From sequence record OR644643.1: a stretch of DNA of 64,000 nucleotides; one strand, 5' to 3'. Each line of letters begins with the position of its first letter. The first letter of the stretch is position 1. The DNA is from Klebsiella phage NU-KP11. Under the pieces are notes generated by a model. The model searched no databases. It was not told the origin of the DNA and saw only the letters and a program-made list of their open reading frames with translations. Below are positions 56,788-64,000 of the stretch, one piece after another. The translations under genes and the position numbers were made by a program.

Positions 56788-58604
56788 TATGCAACCCTTA
56801 TCCAGCGATGTGCAGTCATATACGGTGGAATAGTTTTGATTTTATCAGGTAATGTGTTACCCTGATTCACTTTCAATGTATCCTCACGGTATTTAGTGTA
56901 TCCAGGGCCAGAAGCATCAGGATCTAACTGACAACCACCAATGATCACAGCACCATTTTCATCAGCAATCAGAACTTTATCTTTTGATACAAGTTCAGGA
57001 ACGTTGATGATTTTAATTTCTGTACCACGATCGCCACCAGTACCACCTGCCGTATGACTCGGTTGACCACCACTATCTAAATCATTATTGTTTAATGCGA
57101 AATCAGGATCCGCTGCATTTGATGTCCAGCCAGCCAGGAAATAACCTTCTGCGTAACGTTTCCAACCACCAAATCCCATATAATCAGCAGGGTTTGCTGG
57201 GTTGTGTGCGTTTTCATAGATGGTTCCGATCGGGTGGATAATATCAAACATAGCCTGAATATCCAGAATACGTCCCTGATATGTTTCCCCCGTATTACGC
57301 ATTGTTTTCTGAGAAGGGTTATTATAATCGGTATATTCGATACGGTTCGTCAATATAACTTCTTCTTCGTTATTGAGATAAACCTTATCAGCTTTTTCTT
57401 TAATACCGCCAGTTCCTTCCCAATCCATCAGAGTACCAATATCATTGTTAAACCAACGGATCGTTACAACGTCGCCGGATTCCAGTTCCTGAGCAAACTT
57501 GATTGAAGTCACTACAGAATCAGTGAATACTAAACTATAATCCTGTCCTGACGGAACCCATACACCAGAGTTACCAACACACGTACTTTCATCAACACCT
57601 TCCGCACCTTCACAGGAAAACGCCGGATAGTCAGCGTCACCGCCTTTAACCAGTTGTTTACCGTTGAGAAGAAGTTCAAACGAGTTAGGGTTAATCAACA
57701 CGCGAGGGTTAACACCAAATTCAGCAGGTGTAAACTCTTTTTTGGTTGTCAGATCACCTACCCACTGTTCACCAGGAACGGTTTCCAGAGAAGTATCGCC
57801 AGTCTGATACATGCGCATCACATACGCTTCATAGCTCGATCGCCATGTTGCTAACCCATCCAGATAGGTAACAAATTGAAGCGTGTCACCAGCGTTACAC
57901 GGGTTTTTAAGACGTACTGAATTACCATCAAGTGCAACCAGTTCACCAGGAGCAGAACCAATCGATCCATAGTCTGAGTTATCAGCATTGAATCCGTCTT
58001 TCTCATCGATGAACAGCAAGTTACCGCGATAGTAAACTTCGAACGATTGCAGGTTGTATTCATTACCAACACCGAATACGTTAGGGAAGTCAGTTTGTCC
58101 CTGAGTAGCAATATACGTTTCTTTTGCTACTGTTGCCAGATCCGAAGTTGTGATTTTGTCAATCTGTTTGTTTTCGACGTATTCCCAACGGCCCGGAGAA
58201 CAATACACCAGTTCCACATCCATAAAATCTTTAAACAGATCTTTAGGAGTGGGGGAACCTTTGATAGTATCACCAGTTGCTGGGATCAGTCTAACGTTGT
58301 TGGTAGCCCAACGCGACCACACATCACGCAGACGAATAACTTTGTTATAATCGCCTACGCCGCCTTTCGGGAGGTTTACAGTGATTTTGTTTGCACTGGT
58401 ATTCAACGCCCATGATTCACCAAATTTTGGTGATAGCGTCGTACCCGCAAAAGTTTTCCAGGCACCTGCTGGATGGGGGATCTCACCATCCCCCAGCATG
58501 TTATACAATTCTGTAAAGTTGCTGTTAGTCTTTTGACCACCTCGACGCAGGTAATCGCCTGTACCATCGTCTACAACCTGACCTATTAAAATTTCTTGTT
58601 TCAT
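56787..58604 (-). CDS. 10: baseplate wedge protein gp10
   Basis: 605 aa (T4 602). Position. Confidence 0.8.
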   Translation of the reverse strand: MKQEILIGQVVDDGTGDYLRRGGQKTNSNFTELYNMLGDGEIPHPAGAWKTFAGTTLSPKFGESWALNTSANKITVNLPKGGVGDYNKVIRLRDVWSRWATNNVRLIPATGDTIKGSPTPKDLFKDFMDVELVYCSPGRWEYVENKQIDKITTSDLATVAKETYIATQGQTDFPNVFGVGNEYNLQSFEVYYRGNLLFIDEKDGFNADNSDYGSIGSAPGELVALDGNSVRLKNPCNAGDTLQFVTYLDGLATWRSSYEAYVMRMYQTGDTSLETVPGEQWVGDLTTKKEFTPAEFGVNPRVLINPNSFELLLNGKQLVKGGDADYPAFSCEGAEGVDESTCVGNSGVWVPSGQDYSLVFTDSVVTSIKFAQELESGDVVTIRWFNNDIGTLMDWEGTGGIKEKADKVYLNNEEEVILTNRIEYTDYNNPSQKTMRNTGETYQGRILDIQAMFDIIHPIGTIYENAHNPANPADYMGFGGWKRYAEGYFLAGWTSNAADPDFALNNNDLDSGGQPSHTAGGTGGDRGTEIKIINVPELVSKDKVLIADENGAVIIGGCQLDPDASGPGYTKYREDTLKVNQGNTLPDKIKTIPPYMTAHRWIRVA

Positions 58605-59464
58605 GACGCGATCCCTGATTTAATCGTATCGATTGCTTTAATCGTGAATTTAATTCGATCTTCTTTGATCGCTTGCACGTTAGCGTATACGACATCACCA
58701 GCACCGACAGTAAAGTTTAATGTAAACATTTCATCTTCACTGTTTTTCAAAATAGCGTATTCCGTTGAATAAATCGCTTTGTTTACACGATCTACGGTCA
58801 TTAAAACTTCCGCCATTTTGGTAACTGTACCAGCTACGTTTTCTGCGTATACGAGCACCTTAGCCCCGCTAAATTCGCTATATCCGAACATAGGAATAGC
58901 AGTCGGGTTTGCTTTCAGTACAAGCGCCGTAGTGTCAACAGGCATCGTTTTAGAACCGAACATAGATTCTACAGAATAATCCCATGTTGTTACCGCACCT
59001 TCTTTTTTGGTACACCAGATTTTCACAAAGGTGTAAGGTGACGTGATATACAACTGGTCTGCAACCCCCGCGATAGTATCGCCAACTTGAGGACGAAACG
59101 CGATAGGACGATCAACAGAGACACTACCCGTACTATTTATGAAGTAGCAACCTTCGCCAACCTTACCAGAAGGAAGAACAACGGTAATCGAACCTGTTGA
59201 AGTATCCATGTCATGCAAGGAACCCAGTTCGATCGGTGTGCTTGAATAGTAAGTGCGTGGTAGTTTCTGATAGTATCCGGTAGCATGGATCACCATGTTA
59301 CCGACACCTTCGTTTGCAGACAGCATACGCACATCACCAAACGCATTATAAACGTTGGTGATCATTTCGTTCAGTTTAACACCACCATCATAAAGCGGGT
59401 CGCCTGTTGATGGGTTGCCGATTTCACCGACATCAATTAGTTTTTTTGCTGTTTGGTAAGCCAT
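58601..59464 (-). CDS. 9: baseplate wedge / tail fibre socket protein gp9
   Basis: 287 aa (T4 288). Position. Confidence 0.8.
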   Translation of the reverse strand: MAYQTAKKLIDVGEIGNPSTGDPLYDGGVKLNEMITNVYNAFGDVRMLSANEGVGNMVIHATGYYQKLPRTYYSSTPIELGSLHDMDTSTGSITVVLPSGKVGEGCYFINSTGSVSVDRPIAFRPQVGDTIAGVADQLYITSPYTFVKIWCTKKEGAVTTWDYSVESMFGSKTMPVDTTALVLKANPTAIPMFGYSEFSGAKVLVYAENVAGTVTKMAEVLMTVDRVNKAIYSTEYAILKNSEDEMFTLNFTVGAGDVVYANVQAIKEDRIKFTIKAIDTIKSGIAS

Positions 59465-59473
59465 TGTTTTTCC

Positions 59474-60466
59474 TTAGAATTCGAATACAATACTCACTTC
59501 CTCAGTCTGATCAAGGGAGCGAATAATAGGTTGTCTGTTTTCCATGTAAATCATACGTCCGGAATCAGGTTCAAGCGCGTTAGCATTATAGTAATCACCA
59601 GTTGCTTTCTTTTCAGGTTCGGTCGGGCTTGCCTTTTTAATCAACGGGTTTACAATAATACTTATCTGACGGAACCCTTTGTTACCAGGAAGCGTAGATT
59701 GCGGGAAGAAAAGAGAATCCATGTATGCACGAAAACGCATTGAATTCACCTTCAACCGATACACTAGATCGTATTGCCCTGGATACCATTGAATCACGTT
59801 ATCATAACCCCAACGTACCGGATCCTCTTCCAGTTCGCCAGGGAAAGGAACTACGATATGTTCGTTTGTACAGCGGTTGATCACGACATCTGGCGGGATT
59901 GTGTAGAGGTATTCCCATTTATAACCGTCGCCCATATCGATCCCGTTAGCTTCTCCGCGTGGAGGTTCACTAGATTCATGAGACGGACTCCAGATACCGC
60001 CGATCCTGATACATTCAAGTTTTCCGGTAATGCTCGAAATGGAGCAAGAACCGATATCAGGAACATCAACTACACGATAAACCATCCAACCTTTACCCGG
60101 ATCAGTACGGTTATATGGTGCGGTGTTTACAACGACAATATCGTTAAAGTAAAAGATTTTCGGGTTTGGATAACGAGTATCACCCCAGTCTTTACGTGGT
60201 AAAATTGCATCTATCATATCACCAGGAACTTTAGTAGCCCCGATCATATGCGTCCACATATCACTAACACCATCGGTGCTATCATTTGGATATGGCGGGG
60301 CGAAGTTAGGGTCGGATTCGTTATCCGCCCATGATTCAGTTCGCCCAATAGACATATAAATCGTGTTTAGATCGGCGGCATCGCCGATCATATCTTTGAA
60401 GTTCATCAAGTTTTCGGTTCGGAATTTTGCAGTAATTACCGACCGATACAAGTTTTGTTGTGCCAT
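59474..60466 (-). CDS. 8: baseplate wedge protein gp8
   Basis: Colinear with T4 gp8 (KFRTE..MNF, FAPPYP.DS..GV.DMWTHM.G, RKDWGDTRYP, GDGY.WEYL..IPPDV.INRCTNE.IVVP, NKGFRQISII.NPL, MIYMENR.PII...DQTEE). Confidence 0.9.
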   Translation of the reverse strand: MAQQNLYRSVITAKFRTENLMNFKDMIGDAADLNTIYMSIGRTESWADNESDPNFAPPYPNDSTDGVSDMWTHMIGATKVPGDMIDAILPRKDWGDTRYPNPKIFYFNDIVVVNTAPYNRTDPGKGWMVYRVVDVPDIGSCSISSITGKLECIRIGGIWSPSHESSEPPRGEANGIDMGDGYKWEYLYTIPPDVVINRCTNEHIVVPFPGELEEDPVRWGYDNVIQWYPGQYDLVYRLKVNSMRFRAYMDSLFFPQSTLPGNKGFRQISIIVNPLIKKASPTEPEKKATGDYYNANALEPDSGRMIYMENRQPIIRSLDQTEEVSIVFEF

Positions 60467-63400
60467 TTAATTTCCTACCTTAATCTGTGATGGAGGATTT
60501 GGATCACGTGGGTTTCCTGCATCATCTTTCAGTCGTTTATCCACCAAATTACGGAACTGTGAATATTTAACGCCTGAGCAATCGAACAACGGACTTTGAT
60601 CGAACCGTCGCGCAGAAGGAAGAACACCGTTAAGTGGTTTTTCTTCAATGTCATATTCCGGAGGTACATCAAAAGGTTCCCCCGCTCGCGGGTGTGCGGT
60701 GTACAGAGGTTCACCAGTAACCAGGTCGAATTGTTGGTTTCCGTTACCGTCCATACTCGCAATGCGATCAGGCCAGAACTTAGGATAACCACTATCGAAA
60801 CGGTAGTTTCTCAGAATATCAATGATTGTCTCGTTATGAGTCATTGACAAACCAGAGTTGATGAATACTGTTAACATCGTGATACCCATAAAGCCGAATC
60901 CTACCGGATGAACAAACCTCAATACGTCATCCTTATAACGGGAAGTCGGTAGATTTGAACGAATTTTCATCACATAGTAAGATCGTCCACGGTTGATATA
61001 GTCGATCGAGTTGTTAGCCATTTGTTTACCGCGAACACCACGAATTACCATTCCGGTGAAATTGGTTTTTTCTGACTTGACAACCTGCCCTTCGATAAAG
61101 TTACCTTGAGCATTATGCAGAGTCATTGACCAACGCAATTGACCATTTTCATAGTCACGTTCGATGTATGTAACGTTAGCGCGTCCAGTTGGTGTATAGA
61201 TCGTCCGGCCTACGATATCCTGACTGATATTTGTTGAACTAACCAAAATATCATATTCGAGACTGTTGGAGCTTTCGATCTCAACGGAAACATCTTCGTT
61301 ATACAGCAATTTAAACAGGAACGTATAACTTGCTTCGATCCCTTTTGTTGAATAGAAATCGCTTGCACGTGATTCAAAAAATCTAACCACTGCCTCACGT
61401 TTGGTTTTATCCAGGTAAATGTTACGGCGGTTAATTTCAGACCACAAATATTCAACGTTGTTTTTCTCTCTCGGATACTTGTTCCGGATGAGGTTCAGCA
61501 ATTTGTTATAGTAACTGTTGCTTCCCAACGAAATATATTGCAGATAGTATTCACCAAATTTTTCAAACTGTTGGTTGTCCAGATAGCTTTGCGGAGCAAA
61601 ACGAGTGATCATGTGACTCAGATCAGGGTCGATTAGTCCAGGTTCAATATCCGGCGTGTATGGGTTTTCACGTTCCTGATTAACCAGACTTGCCACCATT
61701 AAAGTGTTATCTGGTTTCCAGAAAATAGTGAGTTCATCCCTTGCGCGGTATGACAGTTCATAGAATCCAATTATCCTACCACCTGAGCGATACAACAGAA
61801 CACCGTTTGTGTACTTCGTAAAACCAGTAAACTTGATATTATTCAAGTAGATAGTAACTGTTCCTTTGTCCCAAACTTCATGGTTTACACGAATCGTTGA
61901 CGCAGGAGACGCGCTATCAGTAACCAGAGTATATAGGGTTTCCGGATAAACCACCAGAGGACGGTTATCATTGGTGATCCATGTGCTAACCTTATCGCGG
62001 AAATGCCAGCTAAAGTTTGCTTCATTGTAGTACTCTTGCGGCCCAAAGTTCCATACTGTAGGATCGTTCTGATTTGCACGAACTGTAGCAAAGTTAATCG
62101 AAATGCTTGCAGTATAACCAGGAACAAGATCGTATTTCACTGCTGAATGCACATCTTCCGGATACTTTTCAACCAGATCTGGATCTGGCAAAGTGTCTGG
62201 ATATTTGTAGTTACCAACAGAAATGTAAACTTCATCGCCATTGGTTGACATATTGGTATATTCATGAGTGATATAAAAACGTTCATCTTCGGTTTTACCA
62301 TAAACACGGGTAAACGTCTTTGCATTCTCATCCCACAGATAAACGCCAGCATCGTTTGATGGGATCACGTTAGCCTTGACAGTCGGATCCATCATCGCCG
62401 TTTTAACTTCACCAGTTACCAGAACGTATAGACGGTCATTCAGCACGTCCATTTTTTTAACAACAATTTTATCATTTCCTGGTACGATGGTATATGAAAC
62501 TTCATCAAAAATACGTTCACCAAAGGTCGGCGAACCAGGATCAGTATCAATTGGTGTGTTACGTAACGCAATACGGCGCATAACGTTCTTAGCAGCCACG
62601 TAGAGCCAATCACTAGAACAAGCCATAGCTTCGGCATACTTCGACACTCCGCCCGGTAGACGCGCATACGTGTTGTATGAATCAACATCAAAATCTAACC
62701 CTGACTGGTTCCCCAGCTTCGCAAACGTTACATCATCAGCAGAAAAACGAACTTCATCAGAAGACCAACGAATATCTGTTGACGTGCGCCCGTAAAATAT
62801 GCGATCGTATCCTAACACATACGTAGTGTTAGCGCTCTGATAAGCAACGGTACGGGAAACCGGATTGCCTACACGATCGTTTAATGCTTTGTAGTAATAC
62901 CACGTTTGGCCTTTGTCATTTGACACTTTAGCCATATTCTGAAAACGTTCAAACAGGTAAAGCAATCCGTTTGAGTATACCAGGAACGTGCGATCTATAT
63001 CATTACAAACGTGTTCGATATGATCTTGAATTTCGTGGTAGCTTTCTTGTTTCAGGATCTTATCGCTGATCTGGCTTACATCAGAATACAGGGGAGAGTA
63101 TACAAAATCCTCAACCATCAGAGAAGCCATAATAACATCATCGTTAAAATCGACGTAATCACGATTGTTTTTGGCGAATTTTTCATTGATAAACGAATCA
63201 GCAGGGGTGAATTCACGCATGGTTGTATATGCGTAGGCGTTCTCATCAAACGTCCATAATTCATCGCTGATCACCCAATCAGAAGGGTCAAACCCTTCAT
63301 GAGTTGTTTGAATACGGAATTTATAACGTGTATTTGGGGCAACCTGATCGCTAAACCATTCGTTTTCGTAGCTATAGCCCAACTGACTCCAGATTAAGTC

Positions 63401-63553
63401 TTCATCTGGAATAATAGTTCCGTCCATATCACGGCTACGGGCCAATTCAACCACATAATAGAAATCCATGCCAACATCATCCCATTTAAGGTAAACGAAG
63501 TTAGCAGCCAGCTTATCAACGCGCAAACTCGTAATCGAAGGCGCTTTAATCAT
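60467..63553 (-). CDS. 7: baseplate wedge protein gp7
   Basis: 1028 aa (T4 1032). Position between 6 and 8. Confidence 0.85.
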   Translation of the reverse strand: MIKAPSITSLRVDKLAANFVYLKWDDVGMDFYYVVELARSRDMDGTIIPDEDLIWSQLGYSYENEWFSDQVAPNTRYKFRIQTTHEGFDPSDWVISDELWTFDENAYAYTTMREFTPADSFINEKFAKNNRDYVDFNDDVIMASLMVEDFVYSPLYSDVSQISDKILKQESYHEIQDHIEHVCNDIDRTFLVYSNGLLYLFERFQNMAKVSNDKGQTWYYYKALNDRVGNPVSRTVAYQSANTTYVLGYDRIFYGRTSTDIRWSSDEVRFSADDVTFAKLGNQSGLDFDVDSYNTYARLPGGVSKYAEAMACSSDWLYVAAKNVMRRIALRNTPIDTDPGSPTFGERIFDEVSYTIVPGNDKIVVKKMDVLNDRLYVLVTGEVKTAMMDPTVKANVIPSNDAGVYLWDENAKTFTRVYGKTEDERFYITHEYTNMSTNGDEVYISVGNYKYPDTLPDPDLVEKYPEDVHSAVKYDLVPGYTASISINFATVRANQNDPTVWNFGPQEYYNEANFSWHFRDKVSTWITNDNRPLVVYPETLYTLVTDSASPASTIRVNHEVWDKGTVTIYLNNIKFTGFTKYTNGVLLYRSGGRIIGFYELSYRARDELTIFWKPDNTLMVASLVNQERENPYTPDIEPGLIDPDLSHMITRFAPQSYLDNQQFEKFGEYYLQYISLGSNSYYNKLLNLIRNKYPREKNNVEYLWSEINRRNIYLDKTKREAVVRFFESRASDFYSTKGIEASYTFLFKLLYNEDVSVEIESSNSLEYDILVSSTNISQDIVGRTIYTPTGRANVTYIERDYENGQLRWSMTLHNAQGNFIEGQVVKSEKTNFTGMVIRGVRGKQMANNSIDYINRGRSYYVMKIRSNLPTSRYKDDVLRFVHPVGFGFMGITMLTVFINSGLSMTHNETIIDILRNYRFDSGYPKFWPDRIASMDGNGNQQFDLVTGEPLYTAHPRAGEPFDVPPEYDIEEKPLNGVLPSARRFDQSPLFDCSGVKYSQFRNLVDKRLKDDAGNPRDPNPPSQIKVGN

Positions 63554-63588
63554 TATATTTCTCCAAATTTGCGGTTATGTATATCACG

Positions 63589-63596
63589 TATTTATA
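63589..63596 (-). promoter_or_regulatory. late promoter (TATAAATA) for gene 7
   Basis: Minus strand TTTTTCTTTTTATAAATACGTGATATAC about 36 nt upstream of ATG 63553, directly after a hairpin plus T-run. Confidence 0.6.
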
Positions 63597-63602
63597 AAAA
63601 GA

Positions 63603-63630
63603 AAAACCCCTATCCGAAGACAGGGGTTAA
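63603..63630 (-). terminator. terminator-like hairpin plus T-run after gene 6
   Basis: Minus strand CCCCTGTC-TTCG-GATAGGGG (one mismatch) followed by TTTTTCTTTTT. Confidence 0.5.
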
Positions 63631-63633
63631 CGA

Positions 63634-64000
63634 TTATTGACTGATAGGATTCATAGTCAATGTGGTATATTGAGGACGCAGGTCATTTTCAAACACGATC
63701 AACGAACCATCGCGAGTAAAAATGGTTTCTTCGAGAGGTTTTGCGGTTAGCTCGATATAAGCAGCACTGAAACTATCGGCAGATACGTTCAGAACGCCCA
63801 GGTCAAAGCTAATGAAATCGGTGTAATGAGAAACCGATCCAACTTCGTAATATTTATTACGGGTTCCTGCATCTGTTAATTTTTCAAAGTCATCGCCTGT
63901 ATAAGCAGCGATCGAAATGTCCCCATCCTTGAACGGGCCTATTACAATTTTTGCGTTACCATCCTGATCCATTTCCGTAGAAGCATAACGAACATCATAA
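63634..64000 (-). CDS. 6: baseplate wedge protein gp6, C-terminal part (5-prime end beyond the window)
   Basis: Open frame continues to the window edge. Position upstream of gene 7. Confidence 0.75.
   Translation of the reverse strand, partial: YDVRYASTEMDQDGNAKIVIGPFKDGDISIAAYTGDDFEKLTDAGTRNKYYEVGSVSHYTDFISFDLGVLNVSADSFSAAYIELTAKPLEETIFTRDGSLIVFENDLRPQYTTLTMNPISQ

Overview
This window is a segment of a T4-like (Tevenvirinae-type) myovirus genome, read in reverse orientation relative to the conventional T4 map. Almost every gene is on the minus strand. Identifications rest on direct recall of T4 protein sequences compared with the supplied ORF translations. No database search was run. From low to high coordinates the window contains four blocks. 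(1) A small plus-strand early-gene cluster (1-2531). It includes a tandem pair of ~90-aa paralogs that could be DUF2829/Tad2-like. (2) A long-tail-fibre module: holin t, a T2/S16-type gp38 adhesin, gp37, gp36, gp35 and gp34. gp37 is 1400 aa and carries a C-terminal intramolecular-chaperone (S74-type) domain. The gp38 is short and lacks glycine-rich motifs. (3) An accessory/early block: nrdH-like glutaredoxin, nrdG, nrdD, endonuclease VII (gp49), nrdC, dam, a nicotinamide phosphoribosyltransferase (NAMPT), a DprA/SLOG-like protein, rnlB flanked by two HNH-type endonuclease genes, a P-loop kinase, three HAD-family phosphatases, hoc plus a free-standing paralog of the Hoc capsid-binding domain, uvsW/uvsW.1 and uvsY. 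(4) The late structural cluster, genes 24, 23, 22, 21, 68, 67, 20, 19, 18, 17, 16, 15, 14, 13, wac, 12, 11, 10, 9, 8, 7 and the 3-prime part of 6. Regulatory architecture visible in the sequence: exact TATAAATA late promoters, often fused to the preceding terminator hairpin; a ~60-bp terminator plus sigma70-like promoter cassette present in two diverged copies with compensatory stem changes; a recurring 18-nt hairpin AAGGGGCCGAAGCCCCTT; and a 250-bp AT-rich region with five spaced GATCTA iterons directly upstream of uvsY, a candidate oriF-like origin or Dam-sensitive regulatory site. No tRNA, rRNA or CRISPR array was seen. Fine coordinates of short motifs may be off by about 1 nt.
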